Origin: a virus
Taxonomy: Duplodnaviria; Caudoviricetes
Length of the DNA: 64,000 bases
Strand: one strand, 5' to 3'
IMG/VR virus record: IMGVR_UViG_3300011116_001229
A program made the position numbers and the translations under genes. Positions 19,798-28,775 of the stretch are shown here, piece by piece. The stretch's first letter is position 1, and the number at the start of each line of letters is the position of its first letter. The notes beneath the pieces were generated by a model, which saw nothing but the letters and a program-made list of their open reading frames with translations, was not told where the DNA came from and did not search any database.

Positions 19798-19826
19798 TTG
19801 TAAATTCAATCATAAGATGTTATGAT
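19798..19826 (+). promoter_or_regulatory. Sigma70-type promoter with extended -10
   Basis: TTGTAA-N17-TATGAT with TG at 19818-19819; next ATG 7 nt downstream. Confidence 0.6.
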
Positions 19827-19833
19827 TGAATAC

Positions 19834-20925
19834 ATGCAAAAAACTCTTTGCTTTGATGATGTACTGTTAATTCCTCAATATTCTGAGATTGAGTCAAGAA
19901 AAAATGTTGATCTAACAGTCTCAGGATTTGATGAAAATGCTGCAAAATTAACATGTGCTTTTCAGGCATTGAGATGCCCTATTGTGGGATCTCCTATGGA
20001 CACTGTAATGAGCCCAGACGCTGCTGCTGTGCTGGATCGAGTGGGAGGTTTTGGTATTTTACACCGTTATTGTACAATAACTGAAGCTGTAAAAACGTTC
20101 TTAGACACAATGGAAAAGACGGTCTATGAGGATAATCCTATGCCCAATATTATGTCTGCAGTTGGTGCAACTGGCGATTATCTAGAAAGATCACATGCAC
20201 TTTATGAAGCAGGTTGCCGAGCCTTTTGCATTGATGTTGCTCACGGACATCATGCTTCTGTTAAAACAGCTATCTCTGAAATGCGTCTAAAATTTGGAGA
20301 TGATATCCACATCATGTCTGGAAATGTTGCCACGCTTGAAGCGTTCAATGATCTTGCAGATTGGGGGTCAAACTCGATTCGTGTTGGAGTCGGCGGTGGA
20401 TCCATGTGTTCTACTCGTATTCGAACTGGACATGGAATTCCAACTTTGCAATCTGTGTTAGATTGTGGGAAATCAGATAGAGACGTATTGTTAATTGCTG
20501 ACGGAGGTATTAGAAATAGCGGCGACTTTGTAAAATCACTTGCTGCAGGCGCGGATATGGTGATGCTAGGTTCACTTCTTGCAGGTCACAAAGAATGCCC
20601 AGGCGACGTGATAGATGACAAAGGTTTCATATACCAGAATCTGCCATCGGGCTCTATTAAATTATTTAAAAAATTTAGAGGAATGGCCTCGCGTGAAGCA
20701 CAGCTCAAATGGAGAGGACGTGTTTCTGTCGTTGAGGGAGAGTCAACAGCTGTACCTTACAAGGGACTAATGATGAATACCATCGCTGATCTGCTTGAAG
20801 GAGTTAGGTCAGGCCTGTCTTATTCAGGTGCTAGAACAATTAGAGAGCTACGAAGTAAAGCGAGGTTTGTTTCTGTGACATCGCAGGGAGTACGAGAAAA
20901 TGTACCCCATGGTAAATTGGCTTAA
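19834..20925 (+). CDS. IMP dehydrogenase/GMP reductase family, no CBS domains (ORF track start 19822)
   Basis: FDDVLL, SPMDTV, IDVAHGH, GNVAT, GVGGGSMCSTR (catalytic Cys), IADGGI, FRGMAS, EG, GVRSGLSY. Confidence 0.9.
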   Translation: MQKTLCFDDVLLIPQYSEIESRKNVDLTVSGFDENAAKLTCAFQALRCPIVGSPMDTVMSPDAAAVLDRVGGFGILHRYCTITEAVKTFLDTMEKTVYEDNPMPNIMSAVGATGDYLERSHALYEAGCRAFCIDVAHGHHASVKTAISEMRLKFGDDIHIMSGNVATLEAFNDLADWGSNSIRVGVGGGSMCSTRIRTGHGIPTLQSVLDCGKSDRDVLLIADGGIRNSGDFVKSLAAGADMVMLGSLLAGHKECPGDVIDDKGFIYQNLPSGSIKLFKKFRGMASREAQLKWRGRVSVVEGESTAVPYKGLMMNTIADLLEGVRSGLSYSGARTIRELRSKARFVSVTSQGVRENVPHGKLA

Positions 20926-20946
20926 TTTAAAGATCAATTATTTAAG

Positions 20947-21579
20947 TCATTCTTTTTCACTTGGCCATTTCCCATAAGCCTTGTGTGTCATCCATGCAGC
21001 CGCCGCCGCTGGGTCATCAGCCCAACTTGAAACTTTCTTCATTTTTTGCTTAAATGATTTTGTGCCTCGAAGAATTTTTCGAGCAGTTTTAGCTGATGGT
21101 CCTTTCTTTGACTCACTCATGTTGCAGCCACACGAACCATCAACAGGCATCATGCCGCAGTCTGGGCAAACTTCATCGTTCTGTTCACACCCGCACTTGC
21201 CATCAATTACCATCATGCCACATTCTGGGCACGCTGATTCATCTTCTGCGTTAGCACCTAGCGCATCACCCAGATCAATTTTAATCGTTACTGGATCAAG
21301 CTTGACTGGGTCAACGATAGAAAGCTTAATGGGCTCTTCTTCATATTCCTCACATCCGCAAGATCCGTCCATTATCTGCATTCCACAGTCAGGACAAATT
21401 TCTCCATCATCTTGTTTGTCGCTGTGATCGCAGCCACAAGAATTATCTATGTGCATCATACCGCAGTCCTGACAAACTTCTGATGAGATTTCATTTCGTA
21501 CACCAGCTGGGGCGTCTCCTGCATAAGATCCAATAGGTTCACCAAAAGCCTCTTCTAAAATCTTTTCATATTTGTCCAT
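20947..21579 (-). CDS. Cys-rich repeat protein (4 x CxxCGM...CGC)
   Basis: Four CxxC-x8-CGC units with acidic spacers; TATTTA upstream on the - strand. Confidence 0.75.
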   Translation of the reverse strand: MDKYEKILEEAFGEPIGSYAGDAPAGVRNEISSEVCQDCGMMHIDNSCGCDHSDKQDDGEICPDCGMQIMDGSCGCEEYEEEPIKLSIVDPVKLDPVTIKIDLGDALGANAEDESACPECGMMVIDGKCGCEQNDEVCPDCGMMPVDGSCGCNMSESKKGPSAKTARKILRGTKSFKQKMKKVSSWADDPAAAAAWMTHKAYGKWPSEKE

Positions 21580-21602
21580 AAAACCTAAATATTACGGTCC
21601 CT

Positions 21603-22016
21603 TTGTACTTTACTTCCAATGATTCTAAAATACGATTAAGGAAAAGACACATGGATAAACTTGACGAGATGTATAACCAGCAGCGAGACTTCAATTATCT
21701 CTTGAGAGATGAAAGAGGTTATCCTGACTTTCCGCTCGATCTAAAAGAAAAGAAGAATCAACAGATTCTTAAGGGGCTTGCGCATGAGTGCATGCATGAA
21801 CTCTTCGAGGCTAATCATCTACTAAAGAATAGCAAGAATCATCGAGTTACCGAAGTAAAAGAATTTGACAGAGAGTCTTACAAAGAAGAACTTGTTGATG
21901 CGCTACATTACTTCTTTGGAATTGTAATCTATAGCGGCATTTCTGCAGAAGAGCTACATGAAGCTTTCATGAAGAAGGGTGCTGTTAACGTGCAACGAGT
22001 GAAGACCGGTTATTGA
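21603..22016 (+). CDS. All-alpha NTP pyrophosphatase (dimeric dUTPase/MazG-like)
   Basis: ECMHELFEA and KEELVDALHY acidic motifs. Confidence 0.75.
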   Translation: MYFTSNDSKIRLRKRHMDKLDEMYNQQRDFNYLLRDERGYPDFPLDLKEKKNQQILKGLAHECMHELFEANHLLKNSKNHRVTEVKEFDRESYKEELVDALHYFFGIVIYSGISAEELHEAFMKKGAVNVQRVKTGY

Positions 22017-22960
22017 CTATGACAAAGTGGGACGACTTGCATAATGCTCTAAAAGCTCAGAAATCCTTTTCCGATTATTTTTATGACACTAATCAACTAA
22101 CAAATGAGCAGAAAATTGAAGAACTAAAGACTTTGAGCTTAGCGTTACACTCTGAGATTTCAGAGATGTGCAATGCTGTCAATTACAAAGAGCATCGCAG
22201 AGAATCTCGCGAAACAGACTTGCAGAAGATTCTGTACAAGTCTGCTGATGCTTATCGTTATATTCTTGCTATAGCAAACCTATGGGGAATAACTGCAGAT
22301 AAATTAACATCTGCCTTAGAACAAAAGGACCACTATCTGCACTATAGACATCAACTTCGTGACAAGAGATGGTGCGGAGAACCGATTGTGCTCTTTGATA
22401 TTGACGACGTACTTGCTGAGTTCAGATATGAGTTCTGCAGATTTGTTACAGATCAGACTGGAATCTTCATGGATCCTAACAGCTCAGAGTACTATAACAC
22501 TGTTAAGTTCAAAGAACACGGTCTTAACAGCGAGTATTTCTTTAAAAAATTTATTGACGATCATGGATTTTTGAGATTGGACTTGAACAAGCGTTACTAC
22601 GATTTGTTGACGCGTCTAAAAGCTCGAGGACACTGGGTGCAAATAGTCACTGCACGAGATGCAAGCAATCTCACGTGTTTCTATGACACTTACGCATGGC
22701 TGCATCTCAACAACATTCCAGCAGATGATGTAGTTTTCACGCCCGAGAAATTTGCCTGGTTGGCAGGCCAAGATTTCTATAAGACAGCTCGATTATTTGC
22801 TGTTGATGATTCAGCAAAGCATGCATCTGAATACGCTAAGCATGGCGTGACTTGCGTTGTTCCAAAAAAATCTTACAATGTTGAAGTAAAAAATGTCAAG
22901 GGTGTCATCTACATCGAAGACAGCGACGATATTTTTGCTAAAATTAACACTATCCTTTAG
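22013..22960 (+). CDS. MazG-like NTP pyrophosphatase fused to HAD 5'-nucleotidase
   Basis: N-terminal ALHSEISE...ADAYRYI; C-terminal FDIDDVL (HAD motif I), IVTAR, K, VDDS. Confidence 0.75.
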   Translation: MTMTKWDDLHNALKAQKSFSDYFYDTNQLTNEQKIEELKTLSLALHSEISEMCNAVNYKEHRRESRETDLQKILYKSADAYRYILAIANLWGITADKLTSALEQKDHYLHYRHQLRDKRWCGEPIVLFDIDDVLAEFRYEFCRFVTDQTGIFMDPNSSEYYNTVKFKEHGLNSEYFFKKFIDDHGFLRLDLNKRYYDLLTRLKARGHWVQIVTARDASNLTCFYDTYAWLHLNNIPADDVVFTPEKFAWLAGQDFYKTARLFAVDDSAKHASEYAKHGVTCVVPKKSYNVEVKNVKGVIYIEDSDDIFAKINTIL

Positions 22961-23030
22961 CGCGAGAACGTGTTATACTTTACAGACTGCTCGACTAATA
23001 ATTGCAGCTTGACTCAAACTTGGAGAAATT

Positions 23031-24011
23031 ATGCCCATTAATAAAGACCTACAGCCGATTGAACTACCCATGGAATTAAAGTTCGGACGACCTGTTCGCA
23101 CCAAGTTCCATAATAATATTGATGCACTAAAGATTGAGCTCGTCGACCATCCTGCGCGTCAACAAGCATGGAACGTCGCTTGGCATTATGTTAAGGCAAC
23201 TTGGGCAGATAGACCTGACATCTCGCCTGAGTCTGTATCGCATCGAGAACTTTCTAAAAACCTGGAAGATGTTTTCGGAGGCCGCACTCTGCCAGCGCCC
23301 ATGGAATGTCTTGGCTTCACATTTAGATTAAGTGGTATGTCTTTTCAAGAGGTGACTCATATTATCAGACATCGTGCAGGAACTTTTGCTGCACAATGCA
23401 CAGGCGATCGTGACCTCCGAGATGATGATGCAGTAATTCCAGAACCCGTAGAGAATTCACCTGAGTTCTTAGCGCGCTGGAAGAAGATTGTGGAAGATTC
23501 CAAGCAACTCTATGCTGATATGACTGATTCAAAGGTTGTGTCCATGATGGACGCACGTTTGATTCTACCAAAGTGCATGACGTCTTTCTACTACATGCGA
23601 CTTCCTCTCAAGGAGCTAATTGGCTTCATCTATCAACGTCAGGATAGGCAGATTCAGACGTCAGCTGATAATATTCTGGCAGCACGCATGGCAGTTGAGG
23701 TGGCTAAGGTCATTCCTGAGTTCACTACGCTAGTTGATTTCAACAAGCCTGACATGCACTACATCAAGACCTTCCGCGTGAAGGAAGGTGATAAGTTCGT
23801 GTCTCGCGGAACGAACCTCTATTGGCCGGAACCCAAGAACGACAAGTTTGAGTTCCACCCAGATGACACTATCTACCAGGCTCGCCGTGAAGAGCTCAAC
23901 GGCACGCATGGTGATGGCCCACAGCGAAAGTTTGTAGCTGCCTGGGATTCTGCAGTGTCCGAGTTTGAGAGTATTAAAAAGCAACACAATGATTGGAAGG
24001 AAGGTAAATAA
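23031..24011 (+). CDS. Divergent ThyX-family flavoprotein
   Basis: FTFRLSG, HIIRHR, DARLILP; the motif after RHR departs from canonical ThyX. Confidence 0.75.
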   Translation: MPINKDLQPIELPMELKFGRPVRTKFHNNIDALKIELVDHPARQQAWNVAWHYVKATWADRPDISPESVSHRELSKNLEDVFGGRTLPAPMECLGFTFRLSGMSFQEVTHIIRHRAGTFAAQCTGDRDLRDDDAVIPEPVENSPEFLARWKKIVEDSKQLYADMTDSKVVSMMDARLILPKCMTSFYYMRLPLKELIGFIYQRQDRQIQTSADNILAARMAVEVAKVIPEFTTLVDFNKPDMHYIKTFRVKEGDKFVSRGTNLYWPEPKNDKFEFHPDDTIYQARREELNGTHGDGPQRKFVAAWDSAVSEFESIKKQHNDWKEGK

Positions 24012-24053
24012 AGTAATTAAGTACTTTTGTACCTGACGGAGATAAGTATAGCC

Positions 24054-24233
24054 ATGAAACAATCGAAGATCTCGGTCGATGAAGAGACCCATAAATTGCT
24101 GAAGATATACTGTGCTCAGCACGGTCTGATTATGAGTCAGTTCACCGCCGAGATCATTCGAGAGAGGATTGGCAATGAAAGAGAAGATCTGCGCACAATG
24201 CGAAAAGAAATTTGTGCCAAAGAATCCATTTAG
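24054..24233 (+). CDS. Small ribbon-helix-helix-like protein
   Basis: SKISVDEETHKLLKIYC..HGLIMSQF. Confidence 0.5.
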   Translation: MKQSKISVDEETHKLLKIYCAQHGLIMSQFTAEIIRERIGNEREDLRTMRKEICAKESI

Positions 24234-25068
24234 TAATAAGTCTGGTTTCTTCTTTTGCTCGAAAGAGTGCACTTATCTTGCTCAGAAGAAGGGCGGTGTC
24301 ACATATGAGCTCCGTCGAAAGAGGTCACTAGAGAAGCACGGCACCGACTTTCCAATGTCTTGCCCTGAGATAAAGAATAAGCGCAGCAACAACAACATAA
24401 AAAAGTACGGTGTTGCCAGCACGTTTGAACTTGATTCAGTCAAAGAGAAGTCAAAAAAGACTTCACGTGAGAAATATGGGGTTGATGTTTACTCACAAAC
24501 AACAGAATTCAAGTCCAAGATCGAAGAGACAAATCTAAAGAGATTCGGACATAAGTCTCCGATAGAAAATCCCAACATTCTAGAACGACGACGGCAGACA
24601 ATGATCGACAGATGGGGAGGTCCATCAACTTTCGAATCACCTGTTCTACGAGCTCGCGCTGAAGATACCTGTATTGAAAAGTTCGGAGTTCATAATATTG
24701 TCTTATCGCCGACGTTTATCTCTTCTTCCATGGATAAGAAACTGCTCAAATCACATGGAAAAACTTGGCAGCAGTACATCGATGACCTACCTGAATTTCA
24801 GGATTATCGAAGAAAAGTCGATCACTTTACACGCATGCAGCCGATCGAACAGCTAGCCAATCATGATAAACGTGGTGAATATCATCTCGATCACAAGTTT
24901 TCAGTCGCTGAAGGGTTTAGACAAGGTCTACCACCCGAGGTGATAGGTCACATTGTGAATCTGGAATTCATACCGGCTGCAGAAAATCTTCGAAAACAGT
25001 CAAGTTGTTCAATTGACAAAGACGCATTACTATCAGAATACTCAACTAGAAAGGTAAATCAAAGATGA
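24175..25068 (+). mobile_element. Free-standing homing-endonuclease-like gene (Zn finger, KYGV-type repeats, C-terminal HNH-like domain)
   Basis: CAQC/CSKEC; about six (E/K)K(Y/F/H)G repeats; YHLDHKFS...NL....ENLRK. Confidence 0.7.
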
Positions 25069-25520
25069 ATCGAAAAAAGATGTATCTCGCAAGCGGATGG
25101 TTCAACCCTACACAGGAAGCAGAGCTCACGAGGCTCGAGCAGATTATGGAAGCACGTAAGGACTGGATCGATATGGCTTCACCACGTAGGATCTTCATCT
25201 GTCCACCTAATGCATCTCGTGAAGTACAAGATGCAACCTATCAGGGTAATCTTAAACACATCCGCGAGGCTGACTTCCTCGTTGTGAACACCCGCGACAA
25301 GGATCTCGGTACGATCATGGAATGTGGTTATGCTACAGCCTTTGACAAGCATATCATCTACTTCTGTGCAGGACTTCCCCCCGGAGCAAAATTTAATCTT
25401 ATGCTTTCAAGATCGGGTGCATTCGTGGCTACTTCGTTCGAACAACTCGAAGACTACCTCGATCGGTGCAAGTCTGCAGGCGAGATGCTTTACGAACCGT
25501 ACGACAAGGAAATTGAGTGA
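25065..25520 (+). CDS. Nucleoside 2-deoxyribosyltransferase / dNMP N-glycosidase family
   Basis: MYLASGWF, ADFLVV, DLGTIMECGYA (catalytic Glu motif). Confidence 0.85.
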   Translation: MNRKKMYLASGWFNPTQEAELTRLEQIMEARKDWIDMASPRRIFICPPNASREVQDATYQGNLKHIREADFLVVNTRDKDLGTIMECGYATAFDKHIIYFCAGLPPGAKFNLMLSRSGAFVATSFEQLEDYLDRCKSAGEMLYEPYDKEIE

Positions 25521-25534
25521 CTTAAAGTGAAAAT

Positions 25535-25567
25535 GAAGAGAGGCGCTATAAAATTGGCGTCTCCTTC
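25535..25567. terminator. Hairpin, possible terminator
   Basis: GAGGCGC-tataaaattg-GCGTCTC with flanking GAAG/CTTC; no clear U tract. Confidence 0.4.
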
Positions 25568-25580
25568 ATAATTAAGTGTT

Positions 25581-26342
25581 ATGTTAATCAAGCTTTCACA
25601 ACTTCGTAAAATTATTAGAGAAGAGCTTTCACGTACTTTGAGTGAAGACGCATCTGATTTAAGCGCAGCAGAACCAAGCGAAATGGTAAAAAATCTAGCT
25701 GGGAAAACAGGATTGGGTCCTTTCTCTTACGGCCCTATCTCTTTAAGAAATTTAATGGCAAAAGTTGAATCAACAGGAGATATATCGCTGTTAGATAACT
25801 GGGACAAAGTAGTTGCTGCAGCGTATGAAACAGAGAAAGAAATAAAGCGAATAAGAAACACTCCTACTTATGAGATCACTGATGCGCAGGGAAATAAACA
25901 AGTTCGACCCAGATCTCCTGGTTCAATTTTAAATACTGAGAGTAGAAAAGCAGCTGAAGATGCAGCAGCTGAACAGGGCCTCGAAGGAGAAGTTGCCGGT
26001 CGAGATTATGCAGCATATGTTTCAACACTTGTCGATAGCATGAAGAACTTTAAACAGGTTCCGCCTATAAGAGCTGATATCCTCGCTGCTCTTGAATTTC
26101 GCAAACAAAAGAAAGAAGCTCACGAGAATAGAGAGGCTTCACCCGAAGATATAAAGAAGCTTAGAAATCTTTTAGCATCCCACGATTGGTACTACGAGAG
26201 AGCTGAAGGTCTTCAGCCGTCTTATACTAAGGGTGCTGCTCAAGCCGAAGAGATTAAGCTCCTTGTCAATAAAATGGGCAAAACAGGTAGAGATATGTAC
26301 AACGCTGCCGCAGCAAAAGCATTCCCAAAGGGTGCGACTTGA
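25581..26342 (+). CDS. Hypothetical protein with shared N-terminal motif
   Basis: MLIKLSQLRKIIREEL; TAATTA at 25569. Confidence 0.7.
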   Translation: MLIKLSQLRKIIREELSRTLSEDASDLSAAEPSEMVKNLAGKTGLGPFSYGPISLRNLMAKVESTGDISLLDNWDKVVAAAYETEKEIKRIRNTPTYEITDAQGNKQVRPRSPGSILNTESRKAAEDAAAEQGLEGEVAGRDYAAYVSTLVDSMKNFKQVPPIRADILAALEFRKQKKEAHENREASPEDIKKLRNLLASHDWYYERAEGLQPSYTKGAAQAEEIKLLVNKMGKTGRDMYNAAAAKAFPKGAT

Positions 26343-26405
26343 TCTAAGCGAGATGATTAAAATCTTCTTTGCAGTTATATTTAAAGACATCATTTGGAGA
26401 AAAAC

Positions 26406-26684
26406 ATGAAATTGACATCATCACAGCTTCGCAAGATCATCTCAGAAGAGGTCTCAAAGGTTGTCACCGAGCAAGGATTAACACCAGGCAGACTTGCGCT
26501 AGGATCACTTGCAGATATTTCTGAAATAGAAAAAGCAAAAGCTGCTTTAGACTCTTTTCGTATGCACATAGAGAAGAATGCTATCGCCGAGGGGCATGAC
26601 AGTGAAGAAGCAGAAGACTTCGCGCGCGACGGATTGGGCGAGATGTTTCAAGAATTCATGCAAAGCATTGGATACAGGATGTGA
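26406..26684 (+). CDS. Hypothetical protein with shared N-terminal motif
   Basis: MKLTSSQLRKIISEEV; GGAG Shine-Dalgarno favours 26406 over 26394. Confidence 0.7.
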   Translation: MKLTSSQLRKIISEEVSKVVTEQGLTPGRLALGSLADISEIEKAKAALDSFRMHIEKNAIAEGHDSEEAEDFARDGLGEMFQEFMQSIGYRM

Positions 26685-26724
26685 TTTTTAGTTTGTAATT
26701 CGTTCTTAAAATCTCGAGATGTAT

Positions 26725-26756
26725 AAAAAGCGACCTTGTATTTGGTCGCTTTTTTT
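26725..26756 (+). terminator. Rho-independent terminator
   Basis: AAAAAGCGACC-ttgtattt-GGTCGCTTTTTTT. Confidence 0.85.
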
Positions 26757-26764
26757 GTTATAAT
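26736..26764 (+). promoter_or_regulatory. Sigma70-type promoter overlapping the terminator
   Basis: TTGTAT-N17-TATAAT with TG extension; the -35 box lies in the terminator loop. Confidence 0.75.
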
Positions 26765-26783
26765 GGTCTGCATCGGAGGAAAC

Positions 26784-27776
26784 ATGCGTTTTTACATCAC
26801 AGGTGGTGCAGGTTTTATTGCTAGACATTTGAAGAAGAATCTGATTGTTAGAGGGCATTCGATTCTCTCGGACGCCGATCTGATCGGTGATGGCATGCTT
26901 ACCTTGCCCAAGACGGGTGAAGTCTGTGTGCATCGCAATTCAGAAGACGCTTGGACAAGAGCTTTTGAAAAATACGGCGTTGATGTTGTTGTGCACAATG
27001 CAGCTGTGGTGGGAACAGACGTGGTTGCTCTCAATCCCGCAGAAGCGACTCTGAGCAACGTGCACGGTTCTTACAATATTGTTAGAGCAGCTAACGCAAC
27101 TGGTGCCGGCGTGTGCTACATGGGTACCACCGTGATTTATGACACGCCTTCCTACCAGAACCAGCAAATTTTTGAAGATTCTGTCAGAAAACCACTTACG
27201 TACTACGGCGTACAGAAGCTTGCAGGTGAACAGATCATCACCAGCATGGCAAAACGCTGGTCTGTGGTGCGTCCTCTCTTCGCTTTTGGTGACGAGGGTG
27301 ACATGAATTCACTCATCGCCAAGAGTATCTATGCATCCTTGCAGAACAAAGATTCTGTTGACATCTTCTTAGACCCCGCGAAGATCAAGGATTATCTCCA
27401 CGTGTCCGATTACTGTGAAGCCGTGTCGATGATCTGTGAGAGCAAGGATGGTTGGGGTACTGATTTTAACGTCGCAGCTGAGACACCTCACACCGCCGCA
27501 GAGATCATGAATCTTGTTTCTCGTGTTGTCGGGAAAAACGTAGAAAAAATCGTCCGCTGGTATCCAAAGACTGATTATCTCGGAAACCACAGACTGTCAT
27601 CTGCCAAGGTCAGAAAGCAAATTGGCTGGTCTCCGAAGCTTGACTTGGAGGGCGGCGTCAAGGCGACTTACGATTGGATTTCTTCAAATTCATCTAAGAA
27701 CTATAACCCTCTGAAGTATCTCGATGAAGCTAAGTCGAAAGGTACAGATCTACTGCAACATTTCCCTAAAGTTTGA
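26784..27776 (+). CDS. NAD-dependent NDP-sugar epimerase/dehydratase (extended SDR)
   Basis: ITGGAGFIA, HNAA, YGVQK (YxxxK), KDYLHVSD; GGAGG Shine-Dalgarno. Confidence 0.88.
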   Translation: MRFYITGGAGFIARHLKKNLIVRGHSILSDADLIGDGMLTLPKTGEVCVHRNSEDAWTRAFEKYGVDVVVHNAAVVGTDVVALNPAEATLSNVHGSYNIVRAANATGAGVCYMGTTVIYDTPSYQNQQIFEDSVRKPLTYYGVQKLAGEQIITSMAKRWSVVRPLFAFGDEGDMNSLIAKSIYASLQNKDSVDIFLDPAKIKDYLHVSDYCEAVSMICESKDGWGTDFNVAAETPHTAAEIMNLVSRVVGKNVEKIVRWYPKTDYLGNHRLSSAKVRKQIGWSPKLDLEGGVKATYDWISSNSSKNYNPLKYLDEAKSKGTDLLQHFPKV

Positions 27777-27878
27777 CGTGTAAATAACTAGTATGTGTGT
27801 GATGTTCTCCATATTTATAATGAGTCTCGAGAAAAGATACGGCCTTGTGCCGTAACTATTTGACCACCGGAGGAAACA

Positions 27879-28772
27879 ATGGAGAGTAAATGTGAAGTTT
27901 GCGGAATTAGCATAGAATCAAAACCAAGACTACGTACTTGTTCAAAAAAATGCGGTTACGTGTTGAGAAGTCGTACTAGAAATATAAAACATGAGCCTGT
28001 TGAAAAGATATGTCTCGACTGCGAGTGTAATTTTCAAGATACTTCAAAAAAGAAGTTAGTCGTTAGATGCAAACCATGCATAAACAATTCCATGGTTGCT
28101 ACACGTTACGCAAGAGGAAGCTATGAGCGCTCAGAAGAGCAGAACGAGAAATTGTCTATTACGCTTAAGACAAAGTACGAATCAGGATGGAACCCTAACA
28201 CTGAAGAGCATCGAGAAAAATTATCCGAGGGAATGAAGGCTCGCTGGCAAGATGGTTCAATGAGAAAGAAGTCGGTTGCAACAACGCTTGAAAAGTATGG
28301 AGTTGAGCACTGGGCGCAGTCTGAAGAAGGAAAGACAGTGCTATCACAGAGGTCAAGAGGCAGAAAATTTTCTGATGAAACTCGTAAAAATATGAGTCAA
28401 GGCGCTGCAAGGCGCATTAGAGAGAATAATAATCATTATGAACGAGGTAATGGAGGTTTTAGAGAAGACCTCGGACACTATGTACGGAGTAACTGGGAAG
28501 CTAATTTTGCTAGAATATTAAAAATTCAAGGAAAGTCTTACGAATACGAACCTAAGACATTTCAAATTGCTGAGGATAAAACGTATACACCCGATTTTCT
28601 TGTCGATGGTATTTTCTACGAAGTTAAAGGCTATTGGACCGAAAAATCGAAACTTAAATTAGAATCATTTGTAAAAATATATCCCGAAATAGAATTGCAA
28701 ATCATCGACGGCACAAAGTACAATGAGCTTAGAGAAGCTTACCAAGATCTAATTCACTGGGAAGGCAAATAA
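27879..28772 (+). mobile_element. Homing-endonuclease-like gene (Zn fingers, NUMOD3-like segment, T7 endonuclease I-like PD-(D/E)XK domain)
   Basis: CEVCG/CSKKC, CLDC/CKPC, KYGV, GRKFSDETR, RSNWE...YEYEP...YTPDF...EVKGYW. Confidence 0.75.
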
Positions 28773-28775
28773 TAA

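Noticed and set aside
19834-20925. Assigning guaB versus guaC
   Set aside because: Motifs visible by eye do not separate CBS-less IMPDH from GMP reductase; needs phylogeny or assay.
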